From an uncultured Oligoflexus sp. (GTDB lineage: Bacteria; Bdellovibrionota_B; Oligoflexia; Oligoflexales; Oligoflexaceae): a stretch of DNA of 64,000 nt. The notes beneath the pieces are model-generated. The model did not search any database, was not told the DNA's origin, and saw nothing but the letters and a program-made list of their open reading frames with translations. Positions 1 to 10,696 of the stretch are shown here, piece after piece; position 1 is the first letter of the stretch; each line of letters begins with the position of its first letter. Made by a program: the position numbers and the translations under genes. Location of the stretch: contig CAXSGP010000002.1 in NCBI GenBank assembly GCA_964236955.1, positions 56,038-120,037 of the forward strand, written 5' to 3'.

Positions 1-117
1 CTGCCGGTTCAAAACCAGGGTCGCGACCCGTGATTCTGAAAGTCGCCCGTCGGGTCCCACGAGCGGGACAAAATGCAAATAAGCAGCTAACGATTCGGCC
101 ACAGCTCACCTCAATAT

Positions 118-1662
118 TCAGATATCGAATTTAATTCCTTGAGCCAAGGGCAGTTCGCGACTGTAGTTGATCGTATTAGTCTGCCGACGCATGTAAGCGC
201 GCCAGGCGTCCGATCCCGATTCACGGCCTCCGCCCGTGTCTTTTTCCCCACCAAATGCTCCCCCAATCTCAGCGCCGGAAGTTCCGATGTTGACATTGGC
301 GATACCGCAGTCTGATCCCGCAGCCGAAAGGAAGGTTTCCGCTTCGCGCAGATTCAAGGTAAAGATCGATGAACTCAGTCCTTGTTTTACATCATTCTGC
401 ATGGCAATCGCATCCTCAACTTCGCCTTTATAGCGAAGCAGATAGAGGATAGGAGCAAAAGTCTCCTCACGCACGATCTCCATATCCGAACGTGCCTCAA
501 CGATGGCCGGCGTCACATAACAGCCCGAGCTATAAGCGTCGCCCTTAAGGACTTCACCGCCAATGATAACTTTTCCACCCTGCTCATGGGCGGTAACCAG
601 CGCCTTTTGCATAGAGGCGACGGCAGCCTGATCGATCAGGGGACCCACGTGATTGTTTTGATCGAGGGGGGAACCGATACGAAGGCCGCTGAAGGCCTTC
701 ATCAGCATCGTCTTGACCTGTTCATAGATCGACTCATGAACGATGAGGCGACGCGTCGTCGTACAGCGTTGGCCACAGGTCCCGACCGCACCAAACACAA
801 TGCCTGGGGCGGCGAGTTTCAGATCGGTATCGGGCGTAAGGATGATCGCATTGTTGCCACCCAGTTCCAAAATCGAGCGACCCAGGCGTCCGCCCACCAC
901 TTCGCCCACTTTTTTGCCCATGCGGGTTGAACCCGTTGCTGAAATCAAGGGAATGCGCGTATCGGCCACCATCGGTTCGCCGACCGCCGCGACGTCACCG
1001 ATGATTAGGGTGAGTACGCCTTCAGGGATTTTATTCGCCTTTAAAACGTCCTGTATGATATGAAAACAGGCAAGCGCTGAGAGCGGGGTTTTCTCCGAAG
1101 GTTTCCAGATCGAGACGTCACCACACACCATGGCTATCATCGAGTTCCAGGACCAGACGGCCACTGGAAAGTTAAAAGCTGAAATAATACCGACCAGGCC
1201 GATCGGATGCCACTGCTCATACATACGGTGATTGGGTCGTTCAGAAAACATGGTCGAACCATACATCTGCCGCGAGAGACCGACGGAAAAGTCACAGATG
1301 TCAATCATCTCCTGAACCTCACCCAGACCCTCTTGCAAAGACTTTCCCATCTCGTAGGCGACGAGCTTGCCGAGAGCCAATTTTTTCTCGCGCAGTTTAT
1401 CGCCTATCTGCCTGACGACGTCGCCGCGTTTGGGAGCGGGGTTCTTGCGCCATTCGGCAAAGGCTTTTTGGGTGATACCGACGAGTTTTTCATAGTCCTC
1501 ACGGCTGGCCTTATAGACCGAACCGATGACTTTGCCATCAACCGGAGAATGCGATTGGTAAGCGCCGCTCGTTTTCGAACCAAACCATTCGGTGCCGGTG
1601 CAGACACCGAGACTTTGGCTGCTAAGGTTGAGTTCCTTAAGAAAATCAAGACTGATCGTCAT
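118..1662 (-). CDS. Aldehyde dehydrogenase family 7 (piperideine-6-carboxylate/antiquitin-like)
   Basis: ISAFNFP, WKPSEKTP, TGSTRMG, LELGGNN, GQRCTT, EETFAP and GAEIGGAFGGEKDTGGGRESGSDAW motifs. ATG at 1662 preferred (GAAAGGG SD); the ORF is open to 1689. Confidence 0.9.
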   Translation of the reverse strand: MTISLDFLKELNLSSQSLGVCTGTEWFGSKTSGAYQSHSPVDGKVIGSVYKASREDYEKLVGITQKAFAEWRKNPAPKRGDVVRQIGDKLREKKLALGKLVAYEMGKSLQEGLGEVQEMIDICDFSVGLSRQMYGSTMFSERPNHRMYEQWHPIGLVGIISAFNFPVAVWSWNSMIAMVCGDVSIWKPSEKTPLSALACFHIIQDVLKANKIPEGVLTLIIGDVAAVGEPMVADTRIPLISATGSTRMGKKVGEVVGGRLGRSILELGGNNAIILTPDTDLKLAAPGIVFGAVGTCGQRCTTTRRLIVHESIYEQVKTMLMKAFSGLRIGSPLDQNNHVGPLIDQAAVASMQKALVTAHEQGGKVIIGGEVLKGDAYSSGCYVTPAIVEARSDMEIVREETFAPILYLLRYKGEVEDAIAMQNDVKQGLSSSIFTLNLREAETFLSAAGSDCGIANVNIGTSGAEIGGAFGGEKDTGGGRESGSDAWRAYMRRQTNTINYSRELPLAQGIKFDI

Positions 1663-1681
1663 ATATTGCCCTTTCTCGGCT

Positions 1682-2122
1682 TTAGTCACAGACAGCGAAT
1701 GAGTAGCTGCGTTGATCTAAATTTATGGTTTCGATAAAAATCTTATGGGTGGGCGGCAGCATTTGCGCCTCGCCTGCCTGCTCGGGCCATTCGACAAATA
1801 TCCCCTTAAAGGGCCGGATATCGTGAACACCCAGCTCATCGAGCGAGAATCCTGGCCCGGCGCGATAAAGATCGAGATGCGCGTACCAATCCATGCCAAG
1901 GCGGTATTCATTCATAATCGTATAGGTCGGCGATACCACCGGTGTTGCTTCGGAAAGACCAAGGCTATAGAGATAGGCGCGCACCAGACTTGTCTTGCCT
2001 GCCCCCATATCCCCACAGAGCCAAAGCGTGTAGGACGATCGTGATTCCAGCTCCTGCTTGAGCCGGGCCAAAAGACCCCCATCGGCCTCGCCACAGATTA
2101 GCTTATTGGTGATGATACGCAT
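1682..2122 (-). CDS. tsaE: tRNA threonylcarbamoyladenosine biosynthesis ATPase TsaE
   Basis: GDMGAGKT P-loop, VSPTYT, HLDLYR, VEWPE. Confidence 0.92.
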   Translation of the reverse strand: MRIITNKLICGEADGGLLARLKQELESRSSYTLWLCGDMGAGKTSLVRAYLYSLGLSEATPVVSPTYTIMNEYRLGMDWYAHLDLYRAGPGFSLDELGVHDIRPFKGIFVEWPEQAGEAQMLPPTHKIFIETINLDQRSYSFAVCD

Positions 2123-2877
2123 GACAGCCGTCCTTGGTAGGGGCGATGAATGGGATTATTGATTAGAGCCTTCATCTCATCTACCGCCTGCGGCAGACCG
2201 ACGAAGAGCGCCCGGGCGATGATCGCATGACCGATATTGGCTTCCTCGCATTGCGGCAGGACTTGCATCCAGGCGGCATTGACATAATTAAGGCCATGGC
2301 CGACATGGACCTGAAGCCCTAGCTCATGTCCCAATCGTGCCGCCTCCTGCATGCCTCTCACAAGCAGCCAGGCCTCGGCCGTGGTTCGCAACTTTTGCAA
2401 GTCCGTACAAAAATGTCCGGTGTGAATCTCGATGGCCTGCGCCCCCATCTTAGCCGCCATGGCAATCGCCTTGGGATCGGCTTCGATAAAAAGGGATACG
2501 AGGATCCCCCTGTCCCTGAGGCGGCGAATATCACGTTCGAGCTTTCTTACGTCTTCGCTGAGATCGAGCCCGCCCTCGGTCGTCAGCTCCTGTCGTTTTT
2601 CAGGCACCAACGTCACGGCATGGGGGACGATATCGCAAGCATAAGCAACCATTTCCTCGGTCGCACCGATCTCAAAGTTAAGGGGAATCTGTATCGTGTC
2701 CCTGAGCAGCCGCACATCCGCATCGCGAATATGCCGTCTATCTTCCCGCAGATGACAGGTAATATTATCGGCGCCGCCGAGTTCCGCCATCACCGCCGCC
2801 TGAACCGGACTGGGATAAGTTTCGCCGCGTGCATTTCTAACCGTAGCCACATGATCGATATTTACACCAAGGCGCAT
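2098..2877 (-). CDS. pdxJ: Pyridoxine 5'-phosphate synthase
   Basis: LGVNIDHVATVRNAR, HLREDRRHI, LVPEKRQELTTEGGLD, GHGLNY, NIGHAII. Confidence 0.96.
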   Translation of the reverse strand: MRLGVNIDHVATVRNARGETYPSPVQAAVMAELGGADNITCHLREDRRHIRDADVRLLRDTIQIPLNFEIGATEEMVAYACDIVPHAVTLVPEKRQELTTEGGLDLSEDVRKLERDIRRLRDRGILVSLFIEADPKAIAMAAKMGAQAIEIHTGHFCTDLQKLRTTAEAWLLVRGMQEAARLGHELGLQVHVGHGLNYVNAAWMQVLPQCEEANIGHAIIARALFVGLPQAVDEMKALINNPIHRPYQGRLSCVSSPIS

Positions 2878-2895
2878 GCCGTGGCCTCCTTTTCT

Positions 2896-4248
2896 TTACA
2901 GTTTCTGAGCGCGCTCAAGAGCGTTGATGATTGCACCGGCCATGCCCTCAATTTGCGCATGGTCTTCGCCTTCAAGCATGACCCGTGCGAGATTTTCCGT
3001 TCCCGAATAACGCACGAGGACACGCCCGCGTTGACCAAGCTTTTGTTCGGCGTCGACGATGAGCCTGTGAACTTCAGGCAGACTTTCAAAGGGCTGCTTG
3101 TGCAGCACATGAATATTTTTAAGAACCTGCGGAAAGAGCTCCATGCAGCCCTTGAGTTGACTGAGGGATTTTTGTTTCACGAGCATGATTTCCAAAAGAT
3201 GGAGTGCGGCCAGGATCCCGTCGCCAGTCGTCGAGCAGTCGGCAAAGACCAGATGGCCCGATTGCTCGCCGCCAAGGTTATAGCCACCCCGCCGCATCTC
3301 ATCGACCACGTAGCGGTCGCCGACTTTGGTACGGGCAAGCTTGATACCCATCTTTTGCATAGCCATTTCCAGGCCCATATTGCTCATAACTGTCGATACC
3401 ACGGTCGCCTTTTTAAGCTTGCCCTCGCGGTGCATATGCTCAGCGCAGATCGCCAGAATTTGATCGCCATCGACGATTTCCCCCTGATTATCCACGACGA
3501 TCAGACGGTCCGCATCGCCATCAAGAGCGATACCGATATCGGCCTTATAGAGACGAACCTTCTCGATGAGGTTCTGCGGGTGCAGGGCGCCGCAGCGGTA
3601 GTTGATGTTTTTGCCGTCGGGCGTGTTGCCGAGGATAAAGAGCTCGGCACCCAGTTCGGCAAAGACCTTCGGCGCTACTTTATAAGCCGCCCCATTTGCA
3701 CAATCGACCACAATGCGCAGGCCATCGAGGGCAAGGTGCTTTGGAAATTGCTCTTTGAGAAAGACCGCGTACTGGCCGACGGCGTCGTCGATTCGCTTGG
3801 CACTGCCGATGCTCATGCCCGTCGGCAGATCGCTCTGCAGAGCCACGTCGTCGACCATATCCTCAAGCTTGTTCTCGATGTCGTCGGGGAGCTTATAGCC
3901 GTTGTCAGAAAAAATCTTAATGCCATTGTCATCAAAAGGATTGTGTGAGGCGGAGATGACGATACCCGCACAGGCCCGCATGCCGCGCGTAAGGTAAGCG
4001 ATACCGGGAGTCGGCAAGGGGCCCAGATACTGAACATTGACGCCGACACTGCATATACCAGCCGAAAGCGCTTGCTCGAGCATATAGCCGCTGCGCCTTG
4101 TATCTTTTCCGATTAGAATTTTGGGATGCGGGTAGGCGGTGCGAAAATGGATGCCAATAGCCTGGCCTAAACGAAGGACAAAGTCTGGCGACATGGGAGA
4201 GACGTTTGCTTTCCCACGGATACCATCAGTGCCAAAATATTTACCCAC
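2896..4248 (-). CDS. glmM: Phosphoglucosamine mutase
   Basis: YFGTDGIRG, ISASHNP, DGDADR, GGEQSGH, RYSGTE; GTG start. Confidence 0.96.
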   Translation of the reverse strand: MGKYFGTDGIRGKANVSPMSPDFVLRLGQAIGIHFRTAYPHPKILIGKDTRRSGYMLEQALSAGICSVGVNVQYLGPLPTPGIAYLTRGMRACAGIVISASHNPFDDNGIKIFSDNGYKLPDDIENKLEDMVDDVALQSDLPTGMSIGSAKRIDDAVGQYAVFLKEQFPKHLALDGLRIVVDCANGAAYKVAPKVFAELGAELFILGNTPDGKNINYRCGALHPQNLIEKVRLYKADIGIALDGDADRLIVVDNQGEIVDGDQILAICAEHMHREGKLKKATVVSTVMSNMGLEMAMQKMGIKLARTKVGDRYVVDEMRRGGYNLGGEQSGHLVFADCSTTGDGILAALHLLEIMLVKQKSLSQLKGCMELFPQVLKNIHVLHKQPFESLPEVHRLIVDAEQKLGQRGRVLVRYSGTENLARVMLEGEDHAQIEGMAGAIINALERAQKL

Positions 4249-4357
4249 TCTAGTTACCTCTTTACCTTTGGAAACCTTGCCTAAAAAAGCTTGAGAACTC
4301 TTAGACTAGCTGATTTCCAGGGGAGGCAAAAGACTTTTCCATGCACCAAAAAATGGG

Positions 4358-5290
4358 TTAATCGCCCTGAATCGTAACATTCCCTTTCTCTGGAAAAGTC
4401 TCGATCAACACCGTCTCGGCCGGGATTTTGACTTTAATATCCTCTTCGTAGCGGCCTGGCCCCAGACTTCTTACCTCGATAAACGCCTTGAAGTCCGAAC
4501 GCTGCAGGCTATTTAGAACGTTTGGCACGCCCTGAACGAGTATGGAAACAAATTGTGGGCTGATTTTGGTACGCCGCTGAGCCCCGACAATCTCCACCGG
4601 GATATTGGAAAAGCGCTTGTTGACCTTGCTGTTACCGACCTGTAGCGAGACCTTCACCGTCTCAAGGGAGAGCGCTTCCGAACCCAGCCCGGGCGAGATC
4701 AGGCGGCCATCGAGCGTCTTGCTTTGGGCCAGACCGCTGACGTCGAGGGGCTCGGTATAGATTGTGCGCAAATCCATGACATCTTTCCTGATCCCTTTGA
4801 CCGTCACAAACTTTGGCTCTATCGCGACCTTTTCTACGGTGAATCCATCGGCTGGAGCACCGTGCAGGGTTTCCTTGATGGGAAGGGAGCGCTCCATGAG
4901 TTTATCCACGTAGAGCACGAGATTGGGTTCGTGAATGATGAGTTCCAGACGCTCATTGAGATTTTTTACATCATCTTTGCTTAGGCGCACGCGATGCTCT
5001 CCGACTTTACCGGGCGGCACAAAAACTTCCGCAGTCAATCGCTTGGGAACTTCCAGTAGCCAGGCCTGGGGCCCACGGATCGTCGCCGCTTTGATACGCA
5101 GAAGTTCGCCGCGGACCCCGTATTCCGGCGAGACATGGATTTCGACCAGGATCTCCCTATTCACTTCCTGAATCTGTTCACCCTGGATGATAGCCCACAC
5201 CACAACGGCCAGGAGTATGGCCAGGAGCTTATAGCCAAAATTATGGAAGAAAAGATTAAAAATGCTGCGGAGCAGACGTCGCATGCTCAT
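4358..5290 (-). CDS. cdaR: CdaR/YbbR-family diadenylate cyclase regulator
   Basis: N-terminal TM helix (KLLAILLAVVVW) and YbbR-type beta repeats (IEPKFVTVKG, ISPQFVSILVQG). ATG at 5290 overlaps the cdaA stop; lies between cdaA and glmM. Confidence 0.85.
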   Translation of the reverse strand: MSMRRLLRSIFNLFFHNFGYKLLAILLAVVVWAIIQGEQIQEVNREILVEIHVSPEYGVRGELLRIKAATIRGPQAWLLEVPKRLTAEVFVPPGKVGEHRVRLSKDDVKNLNERLELIIHEPNLVLYVDKLMERSLPIKETLHGAPADGFTVEKVAIEPKFVTVKGIRKDVMDLRTIYTEPLDVSGLAQSKTLDGRLISPGLGSEALSLETVKVSLQVGNSKVNKRFSNIPVEIVGAQRRTKISPQFVSILVQGVPNVLNSLQRSDFKAFIEVRSLGPGRYEEDIKVKIPAETVLIETFPEKGNVTIQGD

Positions 5291-6129
5291 TCTCCCTTCG
5301 ATCGAAAGAGGAGTCGATCGAGCCAATTGACCCTCTTCGGCAGACCAACCGTGGTTTCACCGGGATCACTTTGGTCGGTGCTGAGCAGCTGGGTCAAAGC
5401 CTTGCGCAGATCCTTGGCATCGGCCTTACGAACGACGATGCCGTCGACGGCAATCGAAACCGCCGAGGTTTCTTCCGATACGACGACCGAGATCGCATCG
5501 GTTTCTTCACTGATGCCGATCGCCGCACGATGCCGGGTCCCAAAGTTCGGGTCGACATCTTCATCCCGTGTCAGCGGTAGAAAACAACCCGCAGCTGCGA
5601 TGCGGCCCTGTTGGATGACGATCGCACCATCATGGATAGGCGCGGTCGGATGAAAAATTGCCAAGAGCAACTCCTTGCTGACCTTGGCGTCGAGTATGAT
5701 TCCAACATCGACATAGCGGGTTAGCAGGATATTTCTCTCGATAATGATAAGCGCTCCAATTTTCTTCGAAGAAAGAGCGGCGCAGGCGCGCGCGATTTCA
5801 TCCAGCATTTGTTTGGAGGAGACCTGCTCCTGAGTGGGAAAAACGGTTTTTTTACCCATGCGGCTCAGCATGCGGCGGATGTCTTCCTGAAAGAGAATGA
5901 CGATAATGATAATGATGGAGGAGTAGAATTTGTCCATCAACCATTTGAGGGTCGTCAGGGGATAGATCTGCGAAATAAAAAAAGCGAAACCAACCGTCAT
6001 GAGTATACCAAGGACCATCTGCATGGCCCGCGTGCCGCGAATCAAAAGCAGGAGCTGGTAGATGATGACAGCAATGATACCTATGTCAACCAGGGCCCAG
6101 TAGCCAATCTTATGGTAAAGCTCTGACAT
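5287..6129 (-). CDS. cdaA: Membrane diadenylate cyclase CdaA/DacA
   Basis: Three TM segments, FQEDIRR, catalytic HDGA and GTRHRAA motifs, VVSEETS. Confidence 0.94.
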   Translation of the reverse strand: MSELYHKIGYWALVDIGIIAVIIYQLLLLIRGTRAMQMVLGILMTVGFAFFISQIYPLTTLKWLMDKFYSSIIIIIVILFQEDIRRMLSRMGKKTVFPTQEQVSSKQMLDEIARACAALSSKKIGALIIIERNILLTRYVDVGIILDAKVSKELLLAIFHPTAPIHDGAIVIQQGRIAAAGCFLPLTRDEDVDPNFGTRHRAAIGISEETDAISVVVSEETSAVSIAVDGIVVRKADAKDLRKALTQLLSTDQSDPGETTVGLPKRVNWLDRLLFRSKGE

Positions 6130-6327
6130 CTTGCCCTATCCTCGCATGCGCAGCTTGATGGTAATGGGGTGTTCCTTAAGGGCCTTTTCGGCCTATCGAT
6201 AGCAACGCAGGGTATGCAGCTCTGCTAAGTTTAGCATGGGTCCGGCTGATTTCTTAAGCCAAGCTTCAGCACAGCAGGAGATTGAAGGCACTCACTCCAG
6301 CAACCCTGCCCTAAATCAAAAAAAGAT

Positions 6328-7140
6328 CTACGCCTCGGGCAGGAGAAGCTCCTTCATTCGACGCAGATGCTTTACGTTATGGGTGCGGATGACTTTTACT
6401 CCGGCAAAAAGAAACGAGAGTTCGAGCATCTTGGACGGTGCATCCCGCGCCAGAGGATCCTCAATATCAAGCAGTCGTCCGATAAAAGACTTTCTGGAAA
6501 TTCCCAGGGCAATGGGGGTGCTTGCCGCTCGCCGCATGGCATCCCCTATTAAATATAGATTAGCCTGATCGTTTTTGCCAAAGCCGATTCCCGGGTCCAG
6601 CCATATTTTATCACGTTTAAAGCCAAGTTTGATGAGGCGGGTCTGAGTAGACGAGTAAAATTCCTCGCTGGCAACCTTGGCCTCTTCCAAGCCCAAAGGC
6701 TCCAGCTGCATGGTTTTAGGAGCCTTGTGCCTATGCATGGGAAGATAGCAGCGGCCGGCTTGGGCCCACTTTATAAGCAACTCATCATCGACTTGCCGCG
6801 CTCCTTGAATGTCGTTGATTATATCAACTTTTTGATCGAGAAGCCGCCGCATGATCTCAGGTTTTTGCGTATCGACACTCACGCAAACGCTGGGCATATC
6901 CTTTTCGAGCTGCTTGAGAACGGGCAGGAGTCGGCGCCATTCTTCTTCAAGTGGGACCTCCCCGGCATCGGGCCTTGAGGATTCAGCCCCAAGATCGATG
7001 ATGTCGGCACCCTCGAGGATAAGGGCTTCAATCTGCTTCAAAGCGAAGTCGGGCGCGAAAAAACGACCCCCGTCCGAAAAGGAGTCGGGGGTCACATTTA
7101 TTATTCCCATGATCAAACTATCGGACAAAGCACTCCTCAA
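6328..7140 (-). CDS. folP: Dihydropteroate synthase
   Basis: [44 protein letters not shown]; overlaps the ftsH stop. Confidence 0.95.
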   Translation of the reverse strand: MRSALSDSLIMGIINVTPDSFSDGGRFFAPDFALKQIEALILEGADIIDLGAESSRPDAGEVPLEEEWRRLLPVLKQLEKDMPSVCVSVDTQKPEIMRRLLDQKVDIINDIQGARQVDDELLIKWAQAGRCYLPMHRHKAPKTMQLEPLGLEEAKVASEEFYSSTQTRLIKLGFKRDKIWLDPGIGFGKNDQANLYLIGDAMRRAASTPIALGISRKSFIGRLLDIEDPLARDAPSKMLELSFLFAGVKVIRTHNVKHLRRMKELLLPEA

Positions 7141-9089
7141 GTTCCCGCGAGGATAGGATCGATGCCGAGAGTGTTGGTTTCTGCGGCACGTATCGGCTTG
7201 GTGACGAGACGACGAGCTTCTTTTTCACGTTCCAGACGTTCTTTATATTTGTCTCTTTCATCCGGACTGATCAACTCTTGGCCCGCAAGAATTGCCTCGA
7301 TGTCCTTGGCCTCAAGAGTTTCGCGGATAAGGAGCGCATCGGCCATCGCGTCGAGTTCTTTGCGTTTGTCGCGAAGGATATGCACTGCGGTGTCATAGCC
7401 TGTCGTGACCAGCATACGAACTTCCGCATCGATTTCTTCAAGCACCTTCTCAGAGAACGACTCTTTACTACCAAACTCACGGCCCATAAAGACTTCATGA
7501 TCGGGAGCACCCCAGGCCACCGGACCCAGAGTCTTGCTCATGCCCCAGCTCGTTACCATCTTCCGGGCGATATCGGTGGCTTTTTGAATATCATTGCCAG
7601 CACCGGTTGTGGTCAGACCAAAAACAATCTCCTCAGCAGCCCGTCCGCCCATCGCATAGGCGATGATACCTTGAGCGTACTCTTTGGACATCGACAGGCG
7701 ATCTTCTGTCGGCAAAAGGATCGTAACGCCAAGGGCATGGCCGCGGGGAATGATCGTGATTTTATGCACAGGATCGGTGCCGGGAATGAGTTTGGCGACG
7801 ATACAGTGCCCGGCTTCGTGGTATGCGGTGTTGCGCTTTTCCGCTTCGCCGATGATCATACTTTTGCGTTCCGGACCCATCATGACCTTGTCTTTAGCCG
7901 ATTCGAAATGCGTCATGTTGATGATTTTAGCATCGTTACGAGCGGCAAGAAGAGCAGCTTCATTGACCAGGTTAGCAAGGTCAGCACCTGAAAATCCCGA
8001 GGTACCCTGCGCCAGAATATCAAGATCGACATCGCCGGCCATGGGTGTTTTGCGGGTATGAACCTTAAGGATGCCACGACGACCACGGACATCAGGCTTT
8101 GGCACATAGACTCGACGGTCAAAACGACCTGGACGAAGAAGGGCTGGATCCAAAACGTCGGCACGGTTGGTGGCGGCGATAAGGATGACGCCTTCGTTGG
8201 TCTCAAAACCATCCATCTCCACAAGGAGCTGGTTAAGGGTTTGCTCGCGCTCGTCATGGCCACCGCCCAGTCCAGCACCTCTCTGGCGACCGACTGCATC
8301 GATTTCATCGATAAAGATAATACAGGGGGCTTGTTTCTTGGCTTGTTCAAAAAGGTCACGAACCCGGCTGGCACCAACCCCTACAAACATTTCTACGAAG
8401 TCGGAACCGGAGATTGAGAAGAAGGGCACCCCGGCCTCACCAGCGATAGCTTTGGCGAGGATCGTTTTGCCAGTTCCGGGAGGTCCAACCAGCAAAACCC
8501 CTTTAGGGATCTTGCCGCCAAGACGCGTGAATTTTTTGGGGTCTTTCAGGAAATCGACGATTTCTTCAAGTTCGCCCTTGGCTTCTTCGATACCGGCGAC
8601 GTCTTCGAAAGTCAGTTTAACCTGATTTTCGTTGAGTAACTTCGCCCGGCTCTTGCCAAACGACATAGCCTTGCCACCACCCACCTGCAGCTGGCGCATG
8701 AGAAAGAAGAGAAAAAGGACGATGATAAAGATGGGCACCAATTGGACCAGGATCGATTTCCAATTGCTCTGGCCTTCGGCATCCGAATTCTCGAATTTTG
8801 TACTGACTTTCTTTTCTTCAAGCTTGGCAAGCAAGGGCGCTTGATTCTGTGGACCTACCGCATGAAAGATGGAACCGTCTTTTTTAGCCACAATGATTTC
8901 ATTGGAGCCTCGAAAGGTAATTTGGTTGACTTGGTCTTGATCGACCGCACTTACCACATCAGAATAATTGAGGACTTTATCCTCTTCACGATGTGGCGAC
9001 ATCATATTGAACATCACGAACAGAAGGAGCAAACCAGCAATAACGAGCGTGAACTTCATCTGCTGGTTCGGCTTTTTAACCTTCGACAT
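7137..9089 (-). CDS. ftsH: ATP-dependent zinc metalloprotease FtsH
   Basis: Two TMs, [27 protein letters not shown]. Confidence 0.98.
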   Translation of the reverse strand: MSKVKKPNQQMKFTLVIAGLLLLFVMFNMMSPHREEDKVLNYSDVVSAVDQDQVNQITFRGSNEIIVAKKDGSIFHAVGPQNQAPLLAKLEEKKVSTKFENSDAEGQSNWKSILVQLVPIFIIVLFLFFLMRQLQVGGGKAMSFGKSRAKLLNENQVKLTFEDVAGIEEAKGELEEIVDFLKDPKKFTRLGGKIPKGVLLVGPPGTGKTILAKAIAGEAGVPFFSISGSDFVEMFVGVGASRVRDLFEQAKKQAPCIIFIDEIDAVGRQRGAGLGGGHDEREQTLNQLLVEMDGFETNEGVILIAATNRADVLDPALLRPGRFDRRVYVPKPDVRGRRGILKVHTRKTPMAGDVDLDILAQGTSGFSGADLANLVNEAALLAARNDAKIINMTHFESAKDKVMMGPERKSMIIGEAEKRNTAYHEAGHCIVAKLIPGTDPVHKITIIPRGHALGVTILLPTEDRLSMSKEYAQGIIAYAMGGRAAEEIVFGLTTTGAGNDIQKATDIARKMVTSWGMSKTLGPVAWGAPDHEVFMGREFGSKESFSEKVLEEIDAEVRMLVTTGYDTAVHILRDKRKELDAMADALLIRETLEAKDIEAILAGQELISPDERDKYKERLEREKEARRLVTKPIRAAETNTLGIDPILAGT

Positions 9090-9314
9090 AGATCTGGCTC
9101 TCCTCGATAAGAATCATCACCACAGCATCTGCACAAGTATTGCACCGATGATTCGGTATTGTACCTGTTTTTGCATGCTGATTGTTAAAATGGTACTAAA
9201 AAACTTAAGGCCTAAAACAACTTTTTCATGGCGAAAATGGCTCCTCTTTGCGTAAAAGCACATCTTTTTTTGCAATTCAGGCTCACCTTTTCCACTGCCA
9301 GGACTCACGAAGGC

Positions 9315-10463
9315 TCAGAGCTTCCATACGTCTTTATTAACCTGCTCGTTTCCTTCGGAATCGACCGCACTTGTCCCCTCCGTTGCCAGTCGGGAATCCT
9401 TACTCAGTAGAGCCGACAATCCAGTCTTAGTCAATTCCTTGGCATACTGCTGCCAACGCGTTGAGGAAAGAGCCTTAACCCTTTCAAGCTGAAACTGCCC
9501 TTGGCTGAGGCGAACCTGCAAATGAGGGTCCAGCTGTACGACGGTATTGACCCCATCAATTAAGCTCTGATAAACCATTTCCAGCCAGGCGCGTCCCACA
9601 TCCTTTACTTCCCACTCGTTGCGAATCTTAGTCAGCAGCCATTGCGCAGCCGGATAAAACCCTAGGCTTCGCCAGGCCTCCGCTGTGGTCGGTTCTGGCA
9701 GCTGCGCAAAGATCCCGGCATAAAATTTCGACCATTCCTGCCCCGCCCGTGCCAACTCCTTCAGGTTTTTGCCGCTGCCAGGAAACATTCCTTCAAGTTC
9801 GGGTAGAATCTGCTTTCGTATACGATTCCGACTATAGGCAAGTTTAGCATTGGAACTGTCCTCCCGGTGGAGGATTTTTTCTCTCCCTGCAATTTCCTCA
9901 ATATCTTTTCGAGACATTCCCAGGAAGGGTCGCCAGTATAAGCCTTCAAGCCTTTTCATTCCCTGCAGACCGGACAATCCCGAGCCTCGCACAACACGCA
10001 TGAGAATAGTCTCAATGAGATCATCTTCATGATGGGCCAACAGCACTTTATCCTGCGGGCCGCACTGGCTTGCAAACCAATCGTATCTGATCTGACGGGC
10101 CCAATCCTGTATGCCGCTCTTCGCCTGGCGGCCTGCCTCAACCTTTAATAGCCTGCATTCAAGGCCCCGCAGTTTGGCTTGTTCCTGCACAAAGTCCGCA
10201 TCTCCCTCCGACTCTAACCCGCGCAGCCCATAGTTCACATGTAAAACCACCAGAACGGGATCAGGCCTTTGGAGTCTTATCCATTCCGCAAAGAGATCCA
10301 TCAGCACCATCGAGTCCAGACCACCGCTGCAAGCGACAAAGTACTTTGACGGTTTTAGCTCGGGCGCTTCCTGCCTTTCGAAAAGAAAGGACAAAAGCTC
10401 AGATTTGCCGTGCTTAGGGTAACTTTCATAAAAAGGGCTCATTAGGCTTTTCCTTTCATACAT
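9315..10463 (-). CDS. tilS: tRNA(Ile)-lysidine synthetase
   Basis: SGGLDS PP-loop, HVNYGLR, AHHEDD, EDSSN, RNRIR; upstream of ftsH; exact start uncertain. Confidence 0.9.
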   Translation of the reverse strand: MYERKSLMSPFYESYPKHGKSELLSFLFERQEAPELKPSKYFVACSGGLDSMVLMDLFAEWIRLQRPDPVLVVLHVNYGLRGLESEGDADFVQEQAKLRGLECRLLKVEAGRQAKSGIQDWARQIRYDWFASQCGPQDKVLLAHHEDDLIETILMRVVRGSGLSGLQGMKRLEGLYWRPFLGMSRKDIEEIAGREKILHREDSSNAKLAYSRNRIRKQILPELEGMFPGSGKNLKELARAGQEWSKFYAGIFAQLPEPTTAEAWRSLGFYPAAQWLLTKIRNEWEVKDVGRAWLEMVYQSLIDGVNTVVQLDPHLQVRLSQGQFQLERVKALSSTRWQQYAKELTKTGLSALLSKDSRLATEGTSAVDSEGNEQVNKDVWKL

Positions 10464-10662
10464 TTGCGAAAGCTTTGCCAGCGGGTTCTTGTCTTTTTTC
10501 CAAAATAAACCAATATTTTCAATGTCTTATGGATATCTATAAGTCATTGTAATTAAGGACTTATTTATTTACCAAGCTTAAGTATCCGTATTTGTTATTT
10601 TTATCTTCCTAACCAGATCCTCTCGACCCAAGCCCTCAAGATCATCACCTTCTCTTCTTTTT

Positions 10663-10689
10663 TTAAGTTTTTCGCCAAAAGGACGAAGA
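10663..10689 (+). promoter_or_regulatory. Putative sigma-28 (FliA) promoter of flagellin
   Basis: TTAAGTTT-N11-GACGAAGA versus consensus TAAAGTTT-N11-GCCGATAA; about 320 nt upstream of the flagellin ATG. Confidence 0.5.
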
Positions 10690-10696
10690 AGAGTTT

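Noticed and set aside
2326..3948. 540-aa plus-strand ORF, and similar long ORFs at 7278-7991, 14094-14792, 16899-17957, 20065-20766, 23018-23734, 25204-25875 and 30100-30846
   Set aside because: Antisense shadows of well-supported genes; no recognisable motifs
10463..10482. GG-N10-GC sigma-54-like motif at tilS, and a similar one at 56230-56246
   Set aside because: Poor -12 boxes (TCGC/TAGC); the first abuts the start codon
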